Assembly: GCA_951406725.2 (NCBI GenBank)
Contig: OX597823.1
Location: 61,008,001-61,072,000 of the forward strand
Length of the DNA stretch: 64,000 nt
Reading direction: 5' to 3'
DNA from: Octopus vulgaris
Taxonomy: Eukaryota
Within the stretch, counting starts at the first letter, position 1. Every line of letters begins with the position of its first letter. Below, piece after piece: positions 25,851 through 39,125 of this stretch. Under the pieces are notes generated by a model, which was not told where the DNA came from, searched no databases, and saw only the letters and a list, made by a program, of their open reading frames with translations. The position numbers and the translations under genes are program-made.

Positions 25851-27145
25851 ACGAAGCATTAATTTATATCAGGCTATAACCACAAAATTAGTTACTTTTT
25901 ATTTTTACATGCAAATAGTGCAGAGTAGGGCGGTACCTTTAACTATCGACATGTAAAAGTAGATTTGTTTTCTTAAATGTAATTAGTAAAATACTTTCTC
26001 TAACATGCAGATTTTTAACACAGTAATTAACTTGTTACATGGTAAACCAAAATTGTATGATGTAGACATTCTAACCGTTTAAAGAATTTCCGATCTTTCT
26101 GTGTGGAATGTATTTAGAATAATATTTAGAATAATAACACTAATTTTAACTAATATTGCTTTTGTAATTGAATGGAAAGTTTGGTTTATTGGAATTATCA
26201 ATATAAAAATATCAATTTCAGAACACATTCCTGTAATGTTTATAACATAGATTTTATAAAAGAAAAATCAATTTCTAAAACTTTTTTTTTTTTGTTTTTG
26301 TCTGTACTAAGAAAACTATCATCTGTTTGTGATATCTAGAGTTCATTACTGAAATAGCATTGATTAGTTAAATGCTACATAACAAACTGAGGAAAATGAA
26401 ATTGAAAATTTGAAGATATCAATTATGTTATTTACCAAAATGTACTAGAGAAATAATTACACTATAGCTGCTCGAGAATTAATTACATTATTTAAATTAG
26501 AATGTATCGTATTATTATATAACCACCCCCCACCTGCGGTGTATAATTACTATTTAATTGAATGTCAATATTTATTAAATAGTCATTTTTGCAAAGATGT
26601 ATCTCAAGTGATATTCAAATATATTTAACCTTTTTGTAACCATATTTCTTAGTAAGAATATACTGTCTTTGTGTTTTAATTTTCAAAAAATAATCACGAA
26701 TTATGAGAGGTTTAATGAAGTTAGTGAAAGTAACTTTCTACTTTAATGAAAGATGAATATTTACATCTTAAGATCTAAATATCTTTCATAGAATAATGAA
26801 ACTTCCGTCCAAGATTTGAATCTAAATTTAAACATTTTAATAGAAGCCATTGTGAGTAGGTCCATGTTGAAATGGTTAACCTGGTTTCAGTTTTCTTTCA
26901 AAGTTTCTCCATGGCATCTGTCTTTTGGATGAATCATGTTTTAAGAATTCTTTAACTTAAGGAGTTTGTTTTTCACCTGGAGTGGTCTTTTGTGATCTTT
27001 CATGGATATTAAGTGTCCTGTCATACTGATTCTTGCTCTCTATTGAATAGTTACTACAAATAACTTGATTATTGTAATTTAATATACAGTTCCATCTTCA
27101 AGAAGCTGTTCAGTCTTGCCTGAAAATGGACATACTAATATTTCA

Positions 27146-27189
<44 letters not shown>

Positions 27190-27192
<3 letters not shown>

Positions 27193-27872
27193 GCGGTGCA
27201 AACATGGCTGTGTGGTTAAGAAGCTTCCTTTGCAATCTCATAGTTTCGAATTTAGTTCCATTATGCAACACCTTGGGCAAGTGTGGAGGTGCATGGCTTA
27301 GTGGTTAGGGTGGACTCGCAATCTTAAGATTGTGGTTTTGATTCTTGAACGCGTTGTGTTCTTGAGCAAAACACTTCATTTCACATTGCTCTTGTCCACT
27401 CAGCTGGCAAAAATGAGTAAACTTGCAACAGACTGGTGTACTGTCCAGGTGAGGAGTTTATACGTCATGAGACCGGGAAACCAGTATTTCTTCTGTCTTT
27501 ATGTTCTGAGTTCAAATTCCACTGAGGTTGACTTTGCCTTTCATCCTTTCAGATGGCACTGCCTTGATTACAGTGAGTGTTCCAGTTGATCCGATTGATG
27601 GAACAGCCTGCTTGTGAAATTAACATGCAGGTGACTGAGCCCTCCACAAACATGTGTACCCTTATTGTAAATCTCAGGGAGATTCAGTATGTCATAGAAT
27701 GTGACAAGGCTGGCCCTTTGAATTACTGGTGCTACTCATTTTTGCCAGCTCAGTGAAGTGGAGCAACATGAAATAAAGTCTCTTATGCAAGGACACAATA
27801 CACTGCTGGAAATTGAGCTCACGACCTTACGATCATGAGTAGAATTCCTTTATTACTGAGCTACGTGCCTTA
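27190..27872. mobile_element. Nested SINE cluster: family A head (+), family B-like head (+), family C core (+), family B-like copy (-)
   Basis: Successive segments at about 27195-27285, 27285-27480, 27495-27551 and 27555-27872 each match other copies in the window. Confidence 0.75.
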
Positions 27873-27876
27873 CATA

Positions 27877-27998
27877 CATGAGTGTGAGTCAGAAATTAAT
27901 GTAATTTTTATTTGCATTACTTTTTGATTCACCTTCATATATATATACAAAAAATTATGCAACTAAAATATTGCATTAATTTCTGGCTCACTCTCATA
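27877..27998. mobile_element. Tc1/mariner-type mini MITE (two TIRs with a short spacer)
   Basis: atgagtgtgagtcagaaattaatgtaat...tttgcatta versus ttatgcaac...attgcattaatttctggctcactctcata. Confidence 0.7.
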
Positions 27999-28050
27999 TA
28001 ATATATATATAATACAAAAAAACACCCTGTAGACTACAATAATCAATAAA

Positions 28051-28124
28051 ATAGCTTAATTGGTTCAGAGCACCACAACATGTAATCACAGAGGTGTGAG
28101 TTTGAGTCTCACAGCCGGCCGCCA
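28051..28124 (+). pseudogene. Degenerate tRNA-like sequence (tRNA pseudogene or isolated SINE head)
   Basis: A-box-like tagcttaattggttcagagc, T-arm-like gtgagtttgagtctcac, ending ..gcca; acceptor and anticodon stems are not intact. Confidence 0.4.
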
Positions 28125-28819
28125 ACACTTTTTTCTGCAAAATAGGAGTAGCTTATCCCATTCAGACTATATTATTAGCATTAAAATCACTTCTTTAACT
28201 TTCTGAGACATCTCAATGCTTCTAAAGCAAACTTCGTTTGTTTATTTACATTCATCGTAATTTGAATTTGATAAAATAGGAATAAAATTATTTTAAATTC
28301 ATTCTTTCTATGTGGGCCAGTACTGGTCTGCAGCCTGGTTGTTAGTGACTCCCACCCCATAGTCTAAGGGAAAGACAAAAGCCAATGTTGCTTGACCCTA
28401 GTGTTTGCCTACAAGAACTAGTGTTATTGTAGGCAAACTCAGTGTGTAAAGTGTTGCGCTAAATATCTCCAGGTATTCGTCCTGTTCTCTAACAATTCAG
28501 CCGATCCACCACTCTGAGCTAATACTGTATTTTAATCGCCCGTGGGAGGATGAAAGGCAAAGTCTGCAGGATTTGGACTCACAGCATGAAGAGCCAGAAC
28601 AAATACGACAAGACATTTTGTCAGATGCTCTAACAATTTTGCTAGTCTTCTACCTTTGTTACACTATTATATCTTGTTATCTTGTAAACCATAGAGATAC
28701 AAACATATCTTGGTATCTGTAGAATCGAGATCTTTATTCATTTTACAATCCTAACATCTATTAGTAGCATGCTTAATATAACTTGCAGCATCATTTATTT
28801 AAAATGCTTTTAATGATGT

Positions 28820-29040
28820 TGTTTAGCACTAGACAATCCTTTAATTAACAAAAAAAAAAAAACTAAGATGAAAGGGGCTCCAGCTGTAACCATCTCGTGT
28901 TTGTTTTTGATGCATAGTGTATCTCGGACTATATTCTGCATTGTGTCTAACATTTTTTTTTAAATGGTAGAATATTACCTGAAGAAGATTCAGCTGCTAT
29001 TTCCAACAGATTCAGCAACTGTAGAAGCTCTGCTGTTGGC
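28820..29040 (+). repeat. Unclassified interspersed repeat; related copies at about 3825-4010, 5290-5480 and 41830-42030 (-)
   Basis: Shared motifs gatt.g..tgctatttc.agcag and ggactatatt.t...tgtgtc. Confidence 0.45.
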
Positions 29041-30642
29041 CCTTTGGAAACTTTTGCTACCATATTTCTATTTAACCACATTCTGCCTATATATTTTAAT
29101 TACTTTGGAAAATAAATAAGGATTTGGAGGGACTTAGTGAAGTAACCAACTTTTTCATTATTAAGCTGTAGTTTGGAACATTACTTAACATCATTATCAT
29201 CATCATCAGTGGTAGTGGTGGCATTACTTCTATTTTCCATGTTTGCATGGGTTGTTTGAGGTTTTTCCAGCTTGTTTTCACTTCATGCTGTGCTCCCTTG
29301 TTCATCTCCTTCGTGAGATTTCAGCCTTCTGAAGTCATTTTTTTACACCTGTTTTGGGTAGCATGACTTCCTTTGGTCTTCCTCTGTCGCAAGTTTTTCT
29401 TCCTTGGCTTGCTTGCATTGCAGTTCACTAAATTGTTAGTTCATTATTAATACTGAAATTTATTGTTTGTAAAGTTGTACAGCATGTTTCTTCCCTCATC
29501 CTTGAAAAATGTGAACAACTAGTTACACAGCTACCGTCATTAAACGAAGATACTTTATTTATGAAATAGGCCATGGCTTCTTAATTTTGATTCTTGTTAG
29601 AAGAAACTACTTCACAAGTATTACTAAATACTTATGGATTAAATAGGGATGAGAGATCAACAGTTATACACCTCCCACTATTTTGTTGGGTTTTTTTTAA
29701 CCATTTGGCCATTTCAGCCTCTCTCCAACAGTAGGATTAGATATAATATGCTTAATCAGTAGTGAAGGTGTTGCAAGTAGTTTTAGGTGTATATAAGTTG
29801 GATGCAGACAATGCTTTCTTTCAGTGTGATTCTGTTTAATGTTGTAACTCTGAAAATGAGAAAGGATAAGGATCGATAAGAAACAGAGTGTGAATAATGC
29901 AGCTCAATTGAGCAATGATTTATCAAATTAGTAACTGCTCTTTTAACTGTTTCTATCAGTACATTCTGATTACCTTTAGTTGCCCTGTTTGTGTAAGCAT
30001 GCATGCATGCATATTTTTTTTCACATATATATTCCTTGAGGAAATATATAGTATAAACAGAAACGCCAATGATGAGATTACACATTTGATAAACTTGAGC
30101 TGTTTTATGTTACAAGTCGTCTCAAAAATATATAAACCAAAAATAAAAAGGAGTCTGATAGTTTAATTACACAGCCATTGTTGGGGGTTTAGTTTGTAGT
30201 TTGCTTCCTTCTTTCAAGAAATTGAATTGAACGAACAGGATGTTGCACATAGGCAATATTTCATTTATATTCTGTATTGCCCTTTTGCAGTGTTTACAGC
30301 CTTTTTTTACACTGCAGTTTAATGTTTTATGCTCTAGGTAAGAAATCCAGGCTTTAATGCATTTCCTGCTTAGCTTGTAATTTCGCAGTTACACACATGA
30401 ATTAGTGTGTGTGTGTGTTTATGTGTGGTGCCTCCACTTAGGCCTACTCGTCTCCAGTCTCTTCCCCACTGTCTATTCCATCAGGCTGTGCATTAATGTA
30501 ATTATACTCATTTCTTCCTTGCCGAAATGTTAACCCTCTAGAATTTCCTTCATGTCAGTGATTTTCCTGTGGTTGCCAACAGGTAGTTCAAGAGAAGCAA
30601 TTAACTACATCAGTCTCACCTGTCCTATAGAGCCTGCTCTAT

Positions 30643-30776
30643 AGAGAAAGTTGTGGTGAAAGAGTACAGCAGGGATCACCATCATCCCCGGCCGAAGCAA
30701 CGTGGAACTTTTAGGTGTTTTCACTCAATAAACACTCACAACGCCTGGTCTAGGAATCGAAACTGCGAACCTACGA

Positions 30777-30841
<65 letters not shown>

Positions 30842-31032
30842 GTGTGTGTGTGTGTGTGGAGGCACAATGGCCCAGTGGTTAGGGCAGCAGACTCACGGTC
30901 GTAGGATCGCAGTTTCGATTCCTAGACCAGGCGTTGTGAGTGTTTATTGAGTGAAAACACCTAAAAGTTCCACGTTGCTTCGGCCGGGGATGATGGTGAT
31001 CCCTGCTGTACTCTTTCACCACAACTTTCTCT
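30643..31032. repeat. 136-bp inverted repeat (30643-30778 / 30897-31032; 1 mismatch)
   Basis: Arms compared by eye; the spacer is (TA)n(GT)n plus the SINE head. Confidence 0.92.
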
Positions 31033-31150
31033 TACTTTTTCTTCTGTTGGCCTGCTCACTTAGCCAGCTGGGTGGCATCACTCAAAGGGTAAAACAATGT
31101 GAATGCATTGTGGCCAGTGATGTGTAGCAACATCTGATGGCCTGGGCGGA
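30857..31150 (+). mobile_element. tRNA-derived SINE family B, 5' portion
   Basis: gtggaggcacaatggcccagtggttagggcagcagactc..., homologous to the reverse complement of 57590-57771. Confidence 0.88.
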
Positions 31151-31326
31151 AGGAGGGATATATATATATATATACACTTCCCAAAACGTCACAGGTAAAC
31201 CAAAATATTTTGTTGAACTTAATGGTGTTTATATTATACTTTATTTACTCATGTATTAGTCACACCCCATTCTTTTTTAATTATAATCAGGTATGAAATA
31301 GTGTTCCCTATACACAAATAAGCACA

Positions 31327-31372
<46 letters not shown>

Positions 31373-31450
31373 CGCCTTTAAAGGTATTTTAATATGCTGC
31401 CACTTTGAAATTATTTTGGAAAAAATTTTACCCTATATTAGAAGTATATT

Positions 31451-31518
<68 letters not shown>

Positions 31519-31614
31519 GTGGGGGAGTAAATGTAATGAGAAGCAAGTTAAGCAGGTCAGTTTACACAGGATATTAAATACATTTAATAGAAAAAGATGT
31601 ATATGTGTACTCAT

Positions 31615-31993
31615 AGGTGCAAGAGTGGCTTGCTTACCAACCACATACTTCCAGGTTCAGTCCCACTGCTTGGCATCTTGGGTGAGTGTCTTCTACTATA
31701 GCCTCAGGCTGACCAAAGCCTTGTGAGTGGATTTGGTAGATGGAAACTGAAAGAAGCCCGTCGTATATATGTGTGTGTTTATATATATATATATATATAT
31801 ATAATGTATGTGTGTATATGTTTGTGTGCCTGTGTTTGTCCCCCAACCATCGCTTGACAACCAATGCTGGTGTGTTTACGTCCTTGTAACATAGCAGTTC
31901 AGCAAAAGAGACCGTTCTGGGGTCGATTTGCTTGATTAAAGGTGGTGCTCCAGCATGGGCCACAGTCAAATGACTGAAACAAGTAAAAGAGTA
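31615..31993 (+). mobile_element. tRNA-derived SINE family A (internal TA/TG microsatellite), near full length
   Basis: Head ..ttccaggttcagtcccact.., body gaccaaagccttgtgagtggatttggtaga.ggaaactgaaagaagccc, tail cagtcaaatgactgaaacaagtaaaaga. Confidence 0.88.
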
Positions 31994-32929
31994 TAGTGAT
32001 GTTACCATTTTTCCTTTATACTATATATATATATATATATACATATTTGTATTTTACTTTTAAACTTTAAGCTATCTTATGACAGTTCACCTTTTCTTAG
32101 AGAAAGAAATGCCCAAACTCTTATTAGGTACGCATGATCTTGGCTACAACAACTCTTCCTGTCCACAGTATCTGTTGAATCATTTTACATGAACACACAC
32201 TTCCATCATCATAAGCACATTGTCATTAATATTTATTGATTAATGGCCTTTTGTGTCAGTTTTAAAATATGTAGCTTTTCTCTATACTTAATAGCATGTA
32301 CTGAAGGCTCCTCCTCTTCTTCTTCTTCTCCATCTCCATTCCATCTTCTTCTTCTTCTCCTTCTTCTTCTACCTGTTAGCATACTATGGAATTCATAGTC
32401 GATGACTTTCCTGATTTTCATTCGAAACCTCTCTCTTGCAATGATGAGTGTAATATATATGGAAAAAATAATGAGTTTGGTGAGTGAGCTTATGTAAACT
32501 CCTAAATTGGCCTTAAATTATTGATAAACATTTTTTTTTTATTGATTCCGAGTTATTTTCATAGAGAGGCGTAATCACTTATATGAATCATTTTTCCAGA
32601 TTTAGCATCTATATTTCTCATCCTATTTTAGTGGATTAGACTGAATCATACTACTTCACTATATTGGCAAGGCTGACTGCAGATATTTATGAACAAGCTG
32701 TGAACAAGCACGTATGTCTGATATATTCAGTCCCATACTCTCGCTTCCTTCAGTTCGGTTTGTATGTTGTGGCCATACCTATCATCTGCTCCCTGTGCTT
32801 GAACTTGTGATAGCAGCAGAGATTTCTGGGTTTTTTTACCTTTCTGGCCTTGAATTTTTTGGTCTTGTCACTTTCAAAACAGTGGTTGAAATGAATACTT
32901 TTTTTTTTTGACTCCTAATGTGTATTTTA

Positions 32930-33462
32930 TTTCTTTTACTTGTTTCAGTCATTGGACTGCAGCCTTCCTGGGGCACCACCTTGAAGGGTTTAGTTGAACA
33001 GATCAACCTCTGTACTTCTTTTTTTTTTTAAAGTTTGGTACCAATTCTACTGGTCTCTTTTGCCTAAACACTAAGTTACATGAACATAAACACACGTACA
33101 CACAAACGTATATATAAAAGGATAAAGACCCCTTTCAGCCATGAATGACCATGGCACTGCTCCTAGAAAGTTCCCCTCTGATGCACAAGTCTGAGCATGG
33201 TTGTTTATGGAAGACCATGCATACCAACCTCCCTTCTTCATACCACTGATGTTATTTAAGGCAAAGGCCGATACAGCTTGGCACCAGTGATGTTGCAACT
33301 CATTTCTACAGCTGAGTGTACTGGAGCATTGGGAAATAAAGTGTCTTGCTCAAGAACATAACACACAGCCCAGTCCAGGAATTGAACTCACCACCTCATG
33401 ATTGTGAGCCCAATATTCTAACCACTGAGCTATGCACCTTAATATATATATATATATATAAT

Positions 33463-33540
<78 letters not shown>

Positions 33541-33705
33541 TTATCTGTATAACAGGCTTCTCTTAGTTTCTATTTACCAAATCCACTCACAAGGCTTTGA
33601 TCATCTCAGAGGTATGGAAGATATTTGTTCGAAATGACAAGCAGTGGGAATGAACCTGAAGCTATGTGGTGGGGAAGTAAACGTCTTACCCCAAAGCTAC
33701 ACCTG
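32930..33705 (-). mobile_element. SINE family A interrupted at its internal microsatellite by a family B-related SINE (about 33119-33438) and (TA)n
   Basis: Tail half at 32930-33115 and head half at 33545-33705; the insert ends in a reverse tRNA head ctaaccactgagctatgc. Confidence 0.75.
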
Positions 33706-34227
33706 TGATGTTTTACACATTGTCCTTAAGAGAACCGTCTTTCTAGTTTATTCTAGAGAAACTCTTGTGTCTACAAGTTACGAAGATACATTACAGAAAG
33801 AAACACTTTATTTATTTCTTATGCCTCGATGACTACAAATCTAAACTTCAGTCCAATGCGTTTGTCTATGACATAGAAACATTGCTTGTTTTCAGTCATG
33901 TAGATTGTGATAGACAGAACTATGTGCCTGTCTGGCAGCCGAACACTATGACTATCTTTAGTAAGATTTAATTTCATGACCACTAAGTGATCAATAATCT
34001 TATGTCTTGACCTCACAGCCATTGACTTCCATATTTAGTTACCAAAATCTATAATTGTACTCCTCACTATACTATGGTAGTCATCTCCCACACTGTAATA
34101 TGGTAAAAAAAAAAAAGACAACAAAAAAGCAAAATGAATGTCTGGTGTTTAGCTCAGCTTTCATTAGGCTAAAGAGAATGGCATTTAAGACACTGGTCTG
34201 TTACACTACCCGGGTTACTAGTACATC

Positions 34228-34395
34228 ACCATCAACATTTTAACATCCATTTTCCATGCTGGCATGGGTTGGACGGCTTGACAGGAACTGGCAAGATCAG
34301 GAGCCACACCAGGTTCCCATAGCCTGTTTTGGCTTGGTTTCTGTAGTTGGATGCCCTTCCTAATGCCAACCACTTCACAAAGTGTGCCAGATAAC
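34228..34395 (-). mobile_element. Short RTE-tail repeat; other copies at about 9444-9735, 36300-36540, 36635-36825, 41140-41330, 56045-56215 and 57140-57360
   Basis: Shared tttaac.tccattttccatgctggcatgggttgga and ggatgcccttcctaa.gccaaccac blocks, also at the end of the 51652-52500 element. Confidence 0.75.
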
Positions 34396-34996
34396 GGTAA
34401 TGTACATAAAAGTCATGTCTTGCTCTAAACCATTTTGATATAATTAATTCTGCTCACAAGAATACCTTAATAATTCTGCTATAATATCTCTACCACTGCA
34501 GATATAACATCTCTCATTGTCTGTAGCGTTTCATCCATGATCAAACGAAATTAACCAGATTTACCATTCTTTCCAGCTATTAGTTTGCTCATGCTATTAG
34601 TAAGTATCCGTCTTCTTGAATTGTTAAGCATAAACTATCTTCTGTATCATTGCTTACTGAAATAGGATATCATTTCATTATCTTACTTTTTTCTCAAACT
34701 GTTTTTTACTGCAGTGGAAATGTCTACATACGTATACACTTTAGATTTATGTTTAATTAGAAAGATATCAAACAAGCATTAAGAATTTCAAAAAAAAGTT
34801 ATCTTTCTCTGTTTTTTTGTGGTGGGTTGGCTGCTACTTTAGCATGCAGTTTACTACAGTATCTATAAGTCTATGCTGTGAAATGACCTGATCTGAGTTG
34901 TTAAGGTTAGACTTCAATACTAATGTGTAAATGGCCAAGTAATCTGGTAGAATGTCTTGATATTTCCAATTAGGATAAAAGAACGTCATACTTACC

Positions 34997-35710
34997 GGCT
35001 GTGTGGTAAGATGCTGGCTTCTCAACAATGTGGTCTTTGGTTCAGTCCCACTGCACAGCACTTTGGACAAGTATCTTCCACCATAGCCCCAGGATGATCA
35101 AAGCCTTGTGAGTAGATTTGGTAGATAGAAACTAAAAGAAGCTCATTGTATATATATATAAATGTGTGCATGTCCTTGTGTTTGTGCTTCTCCCCAGCTA
35201 CCACTTGACACCTGTTGTTGGTTTGTTTACATTCCTGTAACTTAGCAGTTTGGCCAAACAAGACCAAAAGATTAAGTACCAGGCTTTAAAATAAGTTCTA
35301 GGGTTGATTTGTTTGACTAAAACCCTTCAAGGCAACGCCTCCGCATGGCCGCAGTCCAAAGACTGAAACAAGTTAAAAGTAAGTAATATAGATGACCATG
35401 TAGTACGAAGTTTGCCTCCCAACCACATGGTTCTGGGTTCAGTCCTACTGTGTGGCACCTTGAGCAAGTGTGTTCTACTACTGTTTCAGCTGACCAATGC
35501 CTTGTGAGTGGATTTGGTTGACAGAGTCTGAAAGAAACCCATCATATATGTCTGTGTTTGTGTCTTTGTGATTGTTTATCTCTCCATCACTTAGTGGTTC
35601 AGCAAAAGAGACTGATAGAATAAGTACTGGGTTGATTCATTTGACTAAAATTCTTCAAGGCTGTGCCCCAGTATGGCCACAGTCTAATGATTGAAACAAA
35701 TAAAAGATAT
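34997..35710 (+). mobile_element. Two tandem SINE family A copies (about 34997-35380 and 35394-35710)
   Basis: Two heads (ggttcagtcc.actg) and two tails (gactgaaacaag / gattgaaacaaataaaaga). Confidence 0.85.
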
Positions 35711-36578
35711 AAGTGATTTATTGATGGACTTTATCTGGTGTCTGTGTGGTAACACTAATCAGATTAAAAGAACTTAGTATTTTCAGAATTTTAGTTTTTA
35801 CTTTTCTATTTAATTTCCGACACTCTAAGTATCAACTAATTGAAACAGAATGGCAGTAAAATTAAATTAAGAATAGAAATGACCATGTTGAAAATCTGTA
35901 TGGCAGAAAGAAGAAAATAAATCAATTAAAAAAAGCATCTGAGAATCAATGAACACCGTTAGAGTTAGTGTTTCCATTCATAATAAACTGACTGAATCAA
36001 ATCTCTTCACTCTATCATTAAATAGTCTATATGAGTGTATATTCTCTTAGCTATATGCAACTTCAAAGCTCAGTGAGAAAGCCTCTATATGGTCGCTTCA
36101 CATGCTAGACATAGCAGCCAGATTTTTTTCCTCGAATCACATGTTACTGTCTCAGCATGGGTCACATTTGCTAATGTGGTCTTGAGTGCAGTGTGCTTGA
36201 GAAAGAAAGAAAAAAAAGGTGGAGTGGTCATGTCTGGAATGTCAGAATACCTTTATTGGGAGTGGCATGAACCTAAGCAATAACAACCACAATTATCATC
36301 ATCATCATCATTATTGTATGTTAGTTTTCCATGCTGGCATAGGTTGGATGGCTTGTCATGAGTTACCTTGTTACCTCTTATTTGGAATTAGCAACACAGT
36401 GGGGAGCCACATCTCACTCATACATTGTATCTAGCATAACTCCTACAGCACTATTCCCTTTGTAACACCAATCATTTTACAGTGTGTGCTAGGAACATTT
36501 TATTGTGGCATCATTGCTCTAAAGATTGCCAAGTCTCTGGTAAGACAGATGAGTCCTCTCTATCTTATGTTGTCTCCT

Positions 36579-36945
36579 TTAACCCATTAACTTTTAGATT
36601 ATTTTGTCTGACAAAATGCTTATTGACTCACACCTGTGCTGGTGCCATGTAAAAAGCACTCAGTCCACTCTGTGGGGTGGTTGGTGTTAGGAAGGACATC
36701 TAGCTATAAAATCCATGCCAAACCAGAAACAAAAGTCTGCTGCAGTCTTGTATCTGGCCAGCTCCTGTCAAACTGTCCAACCCATGCCAGCATGGAAGGC
36801 AGATGTTAAACAACAATGGTGATGATTGTTTATTTTTAAAGTGACATTGTATGTGGATGAAAGAGGCCAAATTTGGCTGGTTTGAACTTAAAACAGGTAG
36901 GATATTTGGGCTAAGATATGGCAGATTTAAATTCTAAGGGGTTAA
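36579..36945 (-). mobile_element. piggyBac-type MITE (reverse orientation) with a nested RTE-tail repeat at about 36635-36825
   Basis: TTAAccc...gggTTAA ends; 36830-36945 is the reverse complement of the MITE 5' half. Confidence 0.7.
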
Positions 36946-37899
36946 CTTGCTAACCATTCTGTGTGGCATAATCAATGCAGCTTATCATGGCACAAGCATT
37001 AGAGAGGTCCTCTTGTCTTCATTCAATGCAGACATGACCAAAGAGATGAATAGAAGAAAGGATATGAATGTGATAGGGGAAGCATAGTTAATTGGGTGTT
37101 AGAGGAGGGAGCAATGGAAGAGAGACAGTGATGGGCAGCTACATGATGGAGATGACAGGAGGAGAAATAGAAGTGGAGGTGAGTGATGGAAGTTAACGCT
37201 GAGTAGAGTGATATGTGTCAGTGAAGAAAAATAGGAGAGTGAAGGATTGAAGAATAGCAATAAAGATGGGTGATGCTAAGAGAGAGAGTGATGAATGATG
37301 ATATGGTGGGAAAGGGAATGAAGGCTAGCCATCCTTTGTTACACAGTCATCATAACAGTAGAAATGTAGGATGACAAAGGTGATGACAGAAAGGATTGAC
37401 TTTTGATAGATCCAGTGCCATTATTCATTACTCAGATGATGCAGTGAATAACTGTGGCGAGATTAACAGTTCAGAGCATAATAAAGATTGCAGTTTTAAT
37501 AGGAATATAATTAATATAATGAACAAGGACTTAAATGTAGAAATATTATCCTAACCTCCCTCACCACCACCACCACCATGCATCATTATAATGATTGTTT
37601 TCCCTGTGGTTGTATTTAAGAGTATCACATTGCCTCTCGTCATTGTTCTATATGACTCTTTCATGAGATTTGGCTTCCTGAGATCAGCCATCACCATTTT
37701 GGCCTATGACTTTCTGAGTCTTCTTCTACCGGTTCCATGTTTTTTGAGCACTCAGAACATCTTTACACATCTGATATACTCCAAATGTATCACACATCCA
37801 TACCAGCACAGTCTTCTCTCTCTCTCTCTCTCTCTCACTTTTGTACATTCTAATTCCTTCCTCATTGCCAGTTTTTTTCTTCTCTATTCCTTTCTACAC

Positions 37900-39125
37900 G
37901 GTTGTTCATAAAAGCTCACATCACATATCTTGCAGGTCTTACTTCATTTCTTCCTATTTCTTTCTTGCTGTCTCAGTTTCCAACATTTCACGACTTAAAT
38001 TTATGCTACTATACAGCATTGCAGTTCATCGTCCAGTTACCCCTTAACTCTGAGAGAAATCCTTTGCTATCACCAGAGGTAATGATTCTTTGAACTCTTT
38101 CCACCCTGTTCTTACTCTAGACCCTATGCCATTGATACACCCACCTCAAGAGCCATCTTAGCAGCATTATAGGCTCCTGGGCAAATCAGTGCACTGGGCC
38201 TTATAGTATTTATTTATCAACAGTAAGCCACAACATATATAGATCAAGATTGGGTCCCCAGACCTGTGTGGGCCCCCAGGTAACTGTCTTGTGTTCTCAT
38301 GTTTTAAGACAGTACTGCCTGTCTCTTCTTTAAGTTTGATCACCTAGATAACAAAAGTCATCAACCACTTCTCGTGAGCCTGCCTAGCATTTGAAGGACT
38401 TGATTTTATGTGTATTCATATTGCTAACTACACCTGTGCATCTGCCATTTATGGTATCATTTTTTCCTCTGTTAGTCTACCTGTGATGTCAATACATCAC
38501 ATCTGAGCCCATGCTTTATACTGGGTACACCATATAGAATTTCTATCTGCTCCTTTCCTGCAGACAAAACACAACCATTTCCCTGTTTGATAACAGTCTT
38601 TTCTTTCTTCTGTCTGTTCAGTTTACTCTTGATTCTAGATTTTGCTTCCCTGCATGGAATTTCTTTGAGTTTTCTTCAGATCTGGCTACAGGAACTAAAT
38701 CGCCAGCATATGGGTTCCCATGGACAACTGATCTTAAACTCCTATGTTGTAGCCTGGAGAATAATAATGAACTGGAACATGCTAAGGACTGAACACTGGC
38801 AAACCCCTAGCTACATAGTGTGTTTATTGAACTCCTCCCTAGCTCTCACCTTGTAGATGGCACTCCTGTACATGGCTTGTATAGTTGTCACAAGCCATTT
38901 GTCTATCCCTAGTTTTCTTAGTGACCACCAGGCTGCACATTATGGAACCCTGTCAAACTCTTCTCCAGGCTGTTGAATGTGACCTATCGGGCTTTACCCC
39001 TTGATAAGTACTTCTGCATGTAAATCCTTCTGGCATAAAACCAGACTGCATCTCATCTGGGTGGGGGTTTATTTTGCTCCTAATCAATTGTGCTACAAAC
39101 TCTTTCACACATTGACCTATCAATA
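37900..39125 (-). mobile_element. Degenerate RTE-clade LINE reverse transcriptase fragment
   Basis: Minus-strand AQLIRSKI..DEMQSGFMPEG (QxGF motif) and LRKLGIDKWLVTTIQAMYRSA, broken by stops and frameshifts. Confidence 0.75.
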
